From assembly GCF_006345805.1 (NCBI RefSeq), contig NC_043010.1, positions 10,168,001-10,232,000 on the forward strand: a stretch of 64,000 bases of DNA. Reading direction: 5' to 3'. The notes under the pieces were generated by a model, which saw nothing but the letters and a program-made list of their open reading frames with translations, searched no databases and had not been told where the DNA came from. Positions within the stretch are counted from its first letter, which is position 1; each line of letters begins with the position of its first letter. The position numbers and the translations under genes were made by a program. The DNA comes from Octopus sinensis (taxonomy: Eukaryota). Positions 11,725 to 24,140 of this stretch are shown here, piece after piece.

Positions 11725-11965
11725 ATTCCTGAGTTATATAGACTCATAGGACTTGTTTCCTAGATTCTATGGTGTATGTATTCCCCACCTGGATGGGACA
11801 CCAGTCCATCGCAGGGTAACTCATTTTTGCCAGCTGAGTGGACTGGAGCAATGTGAAATGAAGTGTTTTGCTCAAGAACGCAACACGCTACCCAGACCAA
11901 GAATTGAAACCAGAATCGTACAATCATGAGTCCAACACCCTAACCACTAAGTCACGTGCTTCCAC
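11725..11965 (-). mobile_element. CORE-type tRNA SINE (head D, tail Y)
   Basis: Reverse complement of GCACGTGACTTAGTGGTTAGGG...TTCTTGAGCAAAACACTTCATTTCACATTGCTCCAGTCCACTCAGCTGG...CCCTGCGATGGACTGGTGTCCCATCCAGG. Confidence 0.8.
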
Positions 11966-12734
11966 TATTGTAAGCTTTAAAGAACCAATTAAAACAACAT
12001 CCAAGAAACTACACATTACTGTAAGACATAAGAAACTTATTCTCTTAATGAGAAATGCTTATCAAAAGCAATTGTTCACAAAACAAATGTAATATCACAA
12101 CAAACAAATTAACGATTGTTTGCCAATATAACATGGCAGTCCTGGTTTAGGATTAATGTTGCTGTAATTTAGCCCCAGGAGACATCGTCTACCGCTGGCT
12201 ATATGACACGATCTGTGTCCTCATATTTTCGAACAAGGAAATTTAGCACCCCACCTCAGCTCAAAGCAATATCTGTGTATCACAATTCCTGTGTTATTTC
12301 CCTTCATCAGCACAGAATAATTGCTCAGCTAGAGGTGGTGCTGCCAAATTCTCGTTCAAAATATATAGTTTTCAAAGTGACAACTAGCCCCTGATTTATA
12401 AATTAGACTGCCATGCTATGTTGGCAAACAATCATAACTATAAAGTACTGTTGCTGAATATCTCACGTTGTGGGATTTAAACATAGTAATTTCCAAACAA
12501 AATTAACACTCATTAAATATATAATTTTAATGTATGTATGTGTGTGGTCATACATGTGTGTGTGTGTATGTATGTGTGTGTATGTGTGTGTGTTTGATCA
12601 GCTTGAAAAATTGTTGAGATATCAAGATATTTTGCCTAACATGAAACCAATGCTAGCCTTAATAAACAAATGAAGGAATTTTACCCACAAATGCAGTGTT
12701 GAGCACTCATTCTCATCATTTGACATTATATATC

Positions 12735-12767
<33 letters not shown>

Positions 12768-12876
12768 TATATGTGTGTTGAAAAAGTTCTTCTTCGTCTC
12801 CTCCTCCTTCTTCTTCCCTGCCAAGAATTCACAACAACCTCAAACCCTTTTATTTAAAAGCAGCAGAAATTCAACA

Positions 12877-12922
12877 AAACCTGTTACTCGGAGTTTCACG
12901 TTCCCGTTTGTCGGACAGTTTT
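12877..12922 (-). ncRNA. Minimal type I hammerhead-ribozyme-like motif (variant core)
   Basis: Minus strand reads AAAACUGU CCGACAA ACG-GGAA-CGU GAA ACUC-C-GAGU A ACAG-GUUUU. Stems I, II and III all pair and the cleavage triplet is GUA; core positions 4 and 8 deviate. Confidence 0.6.
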
Positions 12923-13087
12923 AACAAAACTTTTAAATAAAGTCTATATATATACATATATATACATATATATACATATATATATATAATTTCAACAATT
13001 GAGGGTAAAATTAATTAATTATTAATCAGTTTCACCAAGTATTCAGTATGCAAAGGGACCATTTAAGGCGAATTCAAATTATTATAT

Positions 13088-13292
13088 TATATAAAAGGGC
13101 TTAGTAAAATAAATTACTTTGCCGCATACTGAACTCATTAGAATAGTAGCTAAAAAAACTTTTTAAAAACACTATATGAGAGAGGTTTTCTTTAAATATT
13201 AGAAATAGTTTTAAAAAAGTTTTTTTAGCTACTATTTCTAATGAGTTCAGTATGCGGCAAAGTAATTTATTTTACTAAGCCCTTTTATATAA
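13088..13292. repeat. Long fold-back inverted repeat next to (TA)n
   Basis: Arms at about 13088-13170 and 13208-13292 differ by about 1 substitution and 1 indel; spacer is 37 nt. Confidence 0.9.
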
Positions 13293-13315
13293 CATATATT
13301 ATATATATATATATA

Positions 13316-13354
<39 letters not shown>

Positions 13355-13819
13355 ATATATTTATATGTAGATCTATATATGTATGTTTATGTATACACGT
13401 GTGTGCATGTGTGTGTATTCTATCATTTGTGTTTAGATAAGTTGAATTTATTTAGAAAATATTATTTGTTTATATGTGTGTATGCATGTATGTGTGTGTG
13501 TGGGCATATTTACATGTGCATTTGTGTATATGCGTCTTTGTGAGAGTCTCTCAGTTACTTTCTATTTTGAAACACTGTTTTAAATTACTGTCCGGCTGTC
13601 AGTGTCATGTTTGTTAAACAGAATGTCTTTGATAACATGATGATGGAATCTTCTAGTGAACTAACGATTCTGTTCAGTTTTCGACTTTGTGATGCATTAA
13701 AGTGTTTTCTTACAGTCTAAAAACCGAAAAATGGTTGGTACTAGACACATGGGGGGGAAAAAGTATTCCGTAAATTTCAAGATGTTGGGGAAAAAGTAAG
13801 TTGTCTTTTGTATCTTCAT

Positions 13820-15420
13820 GTTTTAGTGTGTGTGTGCATGTTTGTATGGCTAAATATGTGTGTGTATGTGTGTGTGTGCATGTTTGTATGGCTAAATGTG
13901 TGCATATGTGTGTGTGTGTGTATGTTTGCATGGCTAAATATGTGTGTGTATGTGTGTGTGTGTGTGTATGTTTGCATGGCTAAATATGTGTGTGTATGTG
14001 TGTGTGTGTGTGTATGTTTGCATGGCTAAATATGTGTGTGTATGTGTGTGTGTGTATGTGTGATATGCATTTGAGTGTGTGTATGGTGTGCATTTATGTA
14101 TGTGTGTGTGTGTGTGCATATGCTTATCCATGTGTATCCTTGTGTGTGTGGTGCATGTTTGTATATGTTGTGTATGCGTGTATGTGTGTGTGTATGTATG
14201 TGATATGCTTAGTGTGTGTGTGTATGTTTGCATGGCTAAATATGTGCCTCTCTGTGTGTGTGTGTGCATGATTGTGATTGTTCTTATGTTTGTGGTGCTT
14301 TTGCGTATGTGCAATATGCATTTGTGTGTTGTGGTGTATGGTGTGCATTTATGTGTTGTGTATGTGTGTGTGCTGTGCATGTGTGTCCTTGTGTGTGTTG
14401 TGGTGTTGTGTGTGTGTGGTGTGGCATGCTTGTGTATGTTATGTATGCCTGTATGTGTGTGGGTGTATATGCTTGTGTGTGTATGTGATATGCTTAGTGT
14501 GTGTGTGTATGTTTGCATGGCTAAATGTGTGCATGCGTGTGTGTTGTGTGCAATTGTTCTTATGTGTTTGATATGCATTTGTGTGTGTATGGTGTGCATT
14601 TATGTGTATGTGTGTGTGCTTGTGTGTCCTTGTGTGTGTGTGTGGTGTGTGGTGTGGCATGCTTGTGTATGTTATGTATGCCTGTATGTGTGGTGTGTGT
14701 ATATGCTTGTGTGTGTATGTGATATGCTTAGTGTGTGTGTGTATGTTTGCATGGCTAAATGTGTGCATGCGTGTGTGTGTGTGTGCATTGTTCTTATGTG
14801 TGTGATATGCATTTGTGTGTGTATGGTGTGCATTTATGTGTATGTGTGTGTGCTTGTGTGTCCTTGTGTGTGTGTGTGGTGTGCTTTTGTGTATGTGTGA
14901 TATGCATTTGTGTGTGTGCGTATGGTGTGCATTTATATGTGTGTGTCTGTGTGCATATGCTTGTGTGTATGTGCTTGTGTGTGTATGTTTGCATGGCTAA
15001 ATGTGTGCATGTGTGTGTGTGTGTGTGCATTGTTCTTATGTGTGTGATATGCATTTGTGTGTGTGTGTGCATGTGCTTGTGCATGTGTATCCTTGTGTGT
15101 GTGCTTGTGTATGTTATATATGCCTGTATGTGTGTGTGTATATGCTTGTGTGTGCACCTGTAAGTGTGATTGGGTTTGTACATATGGAGGTGTATGTTTA
15201 CCTGTGTACGTGCATGTTTGAATATGTGTGTGTATGTGTATGCTTGTTTTCATATGTGGTGTGTGTTTGTGTGTGCACCTGTGTGCTGCTGTTTGAGTGT
15301 GTGCATGTGTGTATGTGTATGCTTGTTTTCATATGTGGTGTGTGTTTGTGTGTGCACCTGTGAGATGCTGTTTGAGTGTGTGCATGTGTGTATGTGTATG
15401 CTTGTCTATCAGCACATTCG
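13820..15420. repeat. Degenerate (TG)n-based minisatellite with higher-order units
   Basis: Recurring GTATGTTTGCATGGCTAAAT(A/G)TG and GATATGCATTTGTG units embedded in TG repeats. Confidence 0.9.
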
Positions 15421-15659
15421 TTTAAGTTTGTGTGTATGTGTTTGTAGCATCCCGTGTACCCATGTAACTTCTGTGTGCTTCTGTGTTTGTGTTTATGTGT
15501 TCACCTGTATGTGTATGCATAGGTGTGAGCTGGCAACGTATAATTTCACCTTAAAAAAAAAAGGAATTCATTTTCTCTCCATTTAATTTCATTAACAAAA
15601 TTGTGCAACAAAACTTTTCCACGTACAGCATACATCCTCTTGCCACAACCCCTCCTCCT

Positions 15660-15844
15660 CATCATCATCATCCATTTTAATGATGATGATAATGATGATG
15701 ATGACGACGACGACGACGAAGATGATGATGACGATGATGATGATGATGATGATAATACTGATGCTGATGCTGATGATGATGATGATGACGATGATGATGA
15801 TGATGATGATGATGACGACGATGATGATGATGATGATGATGACG

Positions 15845-15875
<31 letters not shown>

Positions 15876-16060
15876 CGATGATGATGATGATAATGATGAT
15901 GGATGTGATGATGATGGTGATGATGACGATGATGATGATGATGATGACGATGATGATGATGAAGACGGCGACGACAAAGATGATGATGACGATGATGATG
16001 ATGATGATGATAATACTGATGATGATGACGATGATGATGATGATAATACTGATGATGTTC
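15660..16060. repeat. (GAT)n/(GAC)n trinucleotide array
   Basis: Seen directly; the source of the poly-D, poly-M and poly-S ORFs. Confidence 0.95.
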
Positions 16061-16099
16061 TTCCTGTTCCTGTTTTTATACATCCTCAACTTAAAGATC

Positions 16100-16312
16100 C
16101 TTACTTGTATAGGCACAAGGCCTGAAAGTTGGGGGCAAGGGGTCAATCGATTACATTGACCCCCAATGCCCAACTGGTACCTATTTTATCAACCTCGAAA
16201 GGATGAAAGGCAAAGTCGACCTTGATGGAATTTGAATTCTGGACATAAAGATGGACAAAATACTGCCAAGCATTTTGTCCGGCATGTTAGTGATTCTGCC
16301 ATCTCATCGCCT
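16100..16312 (-). mobile_element. SINE family B
   Basis: Reverse complement of the family B body (GGATGAAAGGCAAAGTCGACC...GAATTTGAA). Confidence 0.8.
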
Positions 16313-16379
16313 TAACTCGACTTCAATATCAACACCAACACCAAAATTTTCACCATCTTCAATATCTTCAGAACTTCTC

Positions 16380-16583
16380 CCACCACCACCACCACCACCA
16401 ACAACAACAGCAGCCCCAACAATAACAATATCAACAATAGTGACGCTACTTCTACCATCATCATCATCAACAGAGCCGAAATCATCACCATCACCATCAT
16501 AAACTTTAGAAGTATCAAAGTCATTGACATCATCATCATCATTGTCAACATCATCATCATCATCATCATCATCATTATCATCG

Positions 16584-16615
<32 letters not shown>

Positions 16616-16688
16616 GTCATCATCATCATCATCATCGTCATCATCACCATCATCATCACATCCATCATCATTATCATCATCATCATCG

Positions 16689-16719
<31 letters not shown>

Positions 16720-16773
16720 CGTCATCACCATCATCATCATCATCGTCGTCATCATCATCAACCTCATCATCAC

Positions 16774-16805
<32 letters not shown>

Positions 16806-16819
16806 ACCTCATCAACTTT

Positions 16820-16887
<68 letters not shown>

Positions 16888-16935
16888 TATCATCGTCATC
16901 ATCATCATTGTCATCATCATCAACCTCATCATCAC

Positions 16936-16971
<36 letters not shown>

Positions 16972-17441
16972 TATCATCGTCATCATCATCATTGTCATCA
17001 TCATCATGGTCAGCATCATTATAATCATTATAATTATCACAGGCTTCATCATCATCATCATCCTTACCATCATCACCGTCATTCTAGAGCTGTCTTCATA
17101 ATTAACAAAAGAACTATTTTCGTTGTCATCATTATTATCATGTTTTCGTCATTGTTGTTGTCATTGTCTTCAGCATCGCCACTGTTGTTGTTGTTGTTAT
17201 CGTTGTCATCATCATCATTTTTATGAACATTACCTTCATCAATAATGCCATTACCATTATCACCAAGACGAAAATCATCACAACCATAGCTGTTAACATC
17301 TTCCTAATCAACAAAATTACAATCATCTTCACGGGCATCATCATCACCACCACCACCACCACCATCATCATCATTATCATCATCATCATCATCATCATCT
17401 TCATCATCATCGTCATCAGCTTCATCATCATCATCATCTTC

Positions 17442-17472
<31 letters not shown>

Positions 17473-17538
17473 CCACCACCACCATCAACCTTCATCATCA
17501 TTATCATCACCATCAGCATCATCCACATCATCAGCATC

Positions 17539-17590
<52 letters not shown>

Positions 17591-17593
17591 ACC

Positions 17594-17656
<63 letters not shown>

Positions 17657-17787
17657 CCATCAACCTCATCATCATCAACCTCATCATCATCATCATCATC
17701 ATCATCAACCTCATCATCATCACCTCATCATCATCATCATCATCATCATCAACCTCATCATCATCATCATCATCATCATCATCAACC

Positions 17788-17826
<39 letters not shown>

Positions 17827-17827
17827 A

Positions 17828-17859
<32 letters not shown>

Positions 17860-17972
17860 ACCTCATCATCATCATCATCATCATCATCAACCTCATCATC
17901 TCATCATCATCATCATCATCACTACCACCACCAGCATCACCATCATCATCATCAACTTTCATCATCATCATC

Positions 17973-18006
<34 letters not shown>

Positions 18007-18110
18007 CCCTTCATCATCTTCATCACCACCACCACCACCACCACCATCATCAACCTTCATCATCATCATCATAACCATCAGCATCATCCACATCATCAGC
18101 ATCACCTCCA
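16380..18110. repeat. (CAT)n/(CAC)n trinucleotide arrays
   Basis: Seen directly; the source of the poly-H, poly-I, poly-S and poly-M ORFs. Confidence 0.95.
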
Positions 18111-18659
18111 TTTAGTTTTAAAAATAACTGTTTCATTGTCACAGCCATTTTTCAAAAACATCTGCAGTGATGGTTTCCGGTCCCCCCACTCCACCCCACC
18201 CACCCCGCTGCCACACCTCTTCTTTAAACAATAATTGCAGAGAACTCTACAGTACAATACCTCCAAGAAGCCATAGAATCTCTCAGAAGGTGGTAATAGT
18301 CCTTGTGGGGAAAAAATAATGGGTTTATTGGGTGCTGGCTGCTATGAAACAATAAGATGGCAAACAACAACAATAAAAGAAAAAAGGTAAAAAAAAAAAA
18401 AACTAATGAAGAGAAGGTACAAAATTGGAAACTAATCAGCAAATGAATGGTGTCACATGATCAGGTTCATCAATTTGGAGAATGTTAATTAAACTGAGGC
18501 TGTTATAATTTGATTTTTAAGTAAAATGTAAAAATTAACAGCTTTTGAAAATGCTATTGTCAATGCACAACGCGGACACATACATGCATATAGGTAGATA
18601 TAGACACACACACATGCACACACATACACATATGCATACATACGTATGTACTTGTAATT

Positions 18660-18706
<47 letters not shown>

Positions 18707-19109
18707 ACATGTATATACATATATATATACATATACATATACATATACACATATATATATAAACCTGGGGATATATTGTAGAGCATGTATGCATCTTGCT
18801 TAATGACTATTTGTGTGGGTATGTATAGATATGTAAATGTATGTTTGTGAGTGAGTATACATATATGTTTACATGTGTGTATGTAAATATATATATATAT
18901 ATACCCACACACACACATATGCATATCTATATATATACACATATACATATACATGTATCTGTACATATATATATACATGTAATTGTATATATATATAATA
19001 TATATATATATATATCTATATATTATATAATACTCACACACACACACACATATACATACATATTTATATGTGTTTATATATATATATATATACATACATG
19101 CACATATAC

Positions 19110-19142
<33 letters not shown>

Positions 19143-19562
19143 TGTATGTATTTATATATATATACATATATATTTATATATATGTATTATATATATATTT
19201 AAATATGTATATGTTTATGTATGTATATGTGTATATATATATATAAAAGAGTAAAAGTGTAAAAGAGTATATATACACACACAAACACACACACACTCAT
19301 ATATACAGAAACACACATAAATAGTCAATAAAACGATGCCTACTTGCTCTAGAAATTATATTCTAATTAGTGTTATTATTCACCAGATGTTTTCAACAAA
19401 TATTCCAAAAATTATTATTCATTTAGGGTCATCACAAACCTAAGGATTCAAAAAACAATGAGCATGCTGGTATAATAAGTATATATGTACATATGTGTGT
19501 AAACATGCATGTATGTATGTATGTATGTACATGGCATGTGTATATATGTAGGCATATATGTA

Positions 19563-19730
19563 GAGCAGCAAGCTGGCAGAATCTTTAGCACACCGGGTGA
19601 AATGCTTAGCGGTATTTTGTCTGCTGTTACGTTCTGAGTTCAAACTCCTTTGAGGTCGACTTTGCCTTTCATCCTTTCAGGATCGACTGTACCAGTTAGG
19701 CACTGGGGTAATCGATTTAAACCCTTTGTT
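19563..19730 (+). mobile_element. SINE family B, 3'-truncated
   Basis: AGCAAGCTGGCAGAATC head and GAGTTCAAA box. Confidence 0.8.
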
Positions 19731-19823
19731 TGTCCCTTCCACGTTTTCTACTTGTGCTACAATACATTTCAGCACTTCAAAAACAAACTTATGTTTGTTT
19801 ACATATGATATATATATGTATAT

Positions 19824-19990
19824 GTCTTCCCTTCTCTGGATCTTTCCTTCTCCTATGTTTCCGACGAAAAGCTCCGCTCGAAACGTTAAACCCTCCTTCT
19901 TTCCTTCTTTCCTGAGCGTTCAATAATACTATATTTGTTCCACGTCCTCGCGTTGGTGTGTTTTTTGTGCTTTCTTGTTTGGATTAACTA
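19824..19990 (+). mobile_element. Short (TA)n-flanked element carrying a hammerhead-like motif (Penelope pLTR-like)
   Basis: Near-identical to 48694-48852. Contains GUUU CCGACGA A AAGC-UCC-GCUC GAA ACGU U AAAC at 19857-19891. Confidence 0.7.
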
Positions 19991-20009
19991 TATATATATA
20001 TATATATAT

Positions 20010-20175
20010 ATGATCTACTTTCAGTTTTCGTCTACGAAATCCACTCACAAGGCTTTGGTGAGCCTGAGACTATCATAGAAAACATTTGCCCAAGGTACCA
20101 TGCACTGGGACTGAACCCAGAACCATGTGGTTGGGAAGCAAGCTTCTTACCCCACAGCTACACCTGCACCTATAT
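20010..20175 (-). mobile_element. SINE family A head
   Basis: Reverse complement of the head module. Confidence 0.8.
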
Positions 20176-20289
20176 ATTGCCAAAATATCTTTCACTTGAT
20201 TGAAATTTTCCATTTAGTTGTGGAAAGAATCCAAAATCCTAGCAGTAATTATTACTGAAGCTAAGAGAAAGTTTCATTCCCATCTACAT

Positions 20290-20580
20290 GGACTTGAGTT
20301 CAATCCTACTGCATGGTAGATTGGGCAAGTGTCTTCTACTATAACCAAGGGCTGACCAAAGCATTTTCAGTGGATTTGGTAGATGGAAACTGAAAGAAGC
20401 CCTTCGTACAAATGTGTGTGTATGCATGGGTGTGTGTGTGCATGCATGTGTGTGTGTGTATGCATGGGTGTGTCTTTGTGCCTGTATTTGCCCCCCATCA
20501 CTGCTTGACAACTTGTGTTAGTGTGTCTACATATCTGTAACTTAGCAATACATCAAAAGGGACTGATAGAATATCAACCA
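20290..20580 (+). mobile_element. SINE family A, truncated and diverged
   Basis: TTGGGCAAGTGTCTTCTACTATA...GAAAGAAGCC, (TG)n, partial tail. Confidence 0.75.
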
Positions 20581-21314
20581 GGTGAAAACAAAAATGTAAG
20601 TTGAGAATGCAATAGCTTGAGACAGAGAGAGCAGCACCAGTTACTGGTTTATATATTGTTTTCCAAAAATGTTTTTGAATTCTACATTTAAAAATAGAGT
20701 TATGGTGCTATGGAAAAAAAAAAGGTTTTTACCCTTAGCCTGTCCAAAGATTTTTATAAGTTTGTCCTGAATGTCCATGCTTGCTTCCAGGCATTTAGTC
20801 AGCTTTCATCTCATATGTCACGAGCTGAAATATTTGCGTTTGCTGAAGACCATCGTTGCATTGTTGGTTGTGAGAAAGACTGATACAGCGTCATTTTTAA
20901 CTGTATGTAAAATCAGGCTGGTTGCATGGATTATAGCAAAATAAACCTCACAAACGTTCAACAACAGATTTTATTGACAGAAAATTATGCATGTATCATG
21001 CATAAATTATTACAGATTCACTGGTTATTAGAGTAGAAAGTAAGGATAACATTACTGCATTGGCTTAGCCATTAATATCTGGAAAAAGTGAAAAATGAAG
21101 ATGTAAGTCCAATGCAAATTGTTAAAGCTTGTGGGAGAGAGCTACGATCTGTTTTGCTAGAAAACCAGCAGCAGTCTGCCATGATTTAGGTACCAAAGTG
21201 ATTAACTAGGGGAAGTCCCACTGCATGGCACCTTGGGCAAGTGTCTTCTACTATAGCCTCAGGCCGACCAAAGCCTTGTGAGTGGATTTGGTAGATGGAA
21301 ACTGAAAGAAGACC

Positions 21315-21356
<42 letters not shown>

Positions 21357-21406
21357 GGACTTCATATATATATGAAGGACTTCTTTCAGTTTATATATAT
21401 ATATAT

Positions 21407-21800
21407 AGGAGTGGCTGTGTGGTAAGTAGCTTGCTAACCAACCACATGGTTTCGGGTTCAGTCCCACTGCGTGGCATCTTGGGCAAGTGTCTTCTACTAT
21501 AGCCCCGGGCCGACCAATGCCTTGTGAGTGGATTTGGTAGATGGAAACTGAAAGAAGCCTGTCGTATATATGTATATATATGTGTGTATGTGTGTGTGTG
21601 TGTTTGTCCCCCTAGCATTGCTTGACAACCGATGCTGGTGTGTTTACATCCCCGTCACTTAGCGGTTCGGCAAAAGAGACCGATAGAATAAGTACTGGGC
21701 TTACAAAGAATAAGTCCTGGGGGGATATTCTCGACTAAAGGCAGTGCTCCAGCATGGCCGCAATCAAATGACTGAAACAAGTAAAAGAGTAAAAGAGTAA
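21407..21800 (+). mobile_element. SINE family A, full length
   Basis: Complete head-microsatellite-tail layout; extra partial copies at 21220-21318 and 21880-22080. Confidence 0.9.
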
Positions 21801-22202
21801 TATATATATAATATATATATATATATATTACTTTTATATTTATATATACTTTTATATTTATATATATGGATATGTTGTGTGTGTCTGTGTTATCCCCCAA
21901 CATCGCTTGACAACTGATGCTGGTGTGTTTATGTCCCCATCACTTAGCGGTTCGGCAAGAGAGACTGATAGAATAAGTACTAGGTTTACAAAGAATAAGT
22001 CCTGATGTCGATTGCTCGACTAACGGCGGTGCTCCAGCATGGCAGCAGTCAAATGACTGAAAAATAAAAGAATAAAAGATTAATATTCGAGATCCTGTTC
22101 GTGCTATAACTTAAAGCTGATTGGTCAATTTTTAGGTTGTCCACCTGAAAGTGTGATGACCATAAACTGATAATTTCACAGATGGAGTTCAAATCCTTAC
22201 AC

Positions 22203-22381
22203 CAGTGGTTTTCAACCAGGGTTCCGCAAGAAGTTACAAAACTGCTAAAATCGTCAGTAATTTTTAATTCTCCTGTGCAGATATGTGTGCATAAGACTAT
22301 TAAATTATTGCACAGGGGTTCCTCGAGCCAGTGGAATGTTTCCTTGGGGTTCTGCTCCAGGAAAAAGTTTGAAAAGCACTG
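22203..22381. mobile_element. hAT (Charlie-like) MITE
   Basis: Ends CAGTGGTTTTCAA and TTGAAAAGCACTG form imperfect TIRs of the CAGTGG type; no clear 8-bp TSD. Confidence 0.6.
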
Positions 22382-23285
22382 TTATATGGTGTGTCTTCTG
22401 AATAATATAAAGCTTCCTTTTCGCTAGTGCCAATTTACTTTGGTGGTTGAAAAACACTGGGAACACGTATCATATATGATGAATGGACACCAGGGCAGGC
22501 AAAGGAACTGAAGTCCCATTTTTTTTTTCTTAAATTATCCCTACCCTATCCCATCTTTCAGAATATCCACAGCTTCTTTGACACCATCTTATGGAAGTTT
22601 TTAAACTCTTCTCTTCTTTTTTTTATTTTGCCCGTCGATGCCTAGAGAAGCAATACATTCTAGTTATGGTAAGAGATGAACAGGGAGTATTTATCAAGCT
22701 ACACAGGTTCGGACAGATCAATAATTAACACAAGATAAGGCTTCCAAATTGGAAATGCAAGTTGTAAGTGTGGACACAGCATAGCCATATATAGTTCATC
22801 ATCATCATCATCATCATCATTATCATCATCATCACCACCACCACCACCACCACCAAAACCACCTCCACCACCACCATCATCATCGTCGTCATCATCATCA
22901 TTGTTATCATCATCATCGTCGTCATCATCATCATTGTTATCATCATCATCATCATCATCATCATTAGTACTTTAATATTCATTTTATTCATAGTGGCTTA
23001 GAATAGATGAGATTTTCAAAGGCAATATTCAACAGCTTGATACCCCTGCTTACCAAGTGTAGTACTTGTTTATCAAGTAAAGTACCCTGTACCTTTGGAT
23101 GTCGAATAATTTTTGCAGAGAATTAAATAATACATCATTTTGATTAACTCATATTAATTGATAGTCTGTCAGAAGAATTTCTTACATGTTTACACATGTA
23201 CAACTTTGCGATTCCTATTAGCAAATGAAACATGTTTAATGGAGAAACAACCCTAAAAATTTTTTCAAACTTCCTGTTTTGTATT

Positions 23286-23321
<36 letters not shown>

Positions 23322-23389
23322 ACATACACAAAGGGCTTCTTACTGTTTCTGTTTTGCTCAACCAAATTTCACTCACATCACAAAACAGT

Positions 23390-23625
23390 TTTTTTTTTAT
23401 TTCTTTATTGCCCACAGGGGGCTAAGCATAGAGGGGACAAACAAGGACAGACAAAGGGATTAAGTCGATTACATCGACCCCAGAGCGAAACTGGTACTTA
23501 TGTTATCGACTCTGAAAGGATGAAACGCAAAGTTGACCTTGACAGAATTTGAACTCAGAACATAACGGCAAATGAAATACTGCTAAGCATTTCGCCTGAC
23601 ATGCTAAGATTTCTACATTAATCCA
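23390..23625 (-). mobile_element. SINE family B, near full length
   Basis: Reverse complement of 59171-59404. Confidence 0.85.
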
Positions 23626-24140
23626 TATATTTGTTTTCTTGTGATTTGCCTTACATTTACTTCACATTGTTCTGGCTTACCTTTGACCCCTGACCTGGTA
23701 TGCTAACGATTCGGCCAGCTCGCTGCCCTACATCACATCACAAAACATTGGTCACTATGAGTGAAGAAATTCGTCAAGGATGGCAAATAATGGGATGGAA
23801 CTTCAAAAAAACTGGTTGAAAAGTGAACTTCATCACCACATAGTAATGAAATGAAAAAAAATAGAAAATTAGTTTGCCTTCCAGTTAAAAATCCAATCAG
23901 TTGAACCTTCTAAATCAGAGCATAACTCTGCATGGAATACCAATGCATTATGCTGTGGGGGAAATCAACAAGAGATAACTGTTATCCTAATCTAATACGT
24001 GGCAAAGATATAACATTAGCCTAATATATATTTTCTTCTATAAACTCACTTAATTTATCAATATTTTCATTTAAAAAAAAAAGAAGTTTTTTAAGCAAAA
24101 GCAACAATAAAATGCAAATAGGCAACCAAAAAAAACGAAT

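Noticed and set aside
13800-18100. Long ORFs of 150-283 aa (poly-CV, HT, D, M, S, I, H)
   Set aside because: They are translations of (TG)n and (GAT)n/(CAT)n arrays that are open in several frames on both strands.
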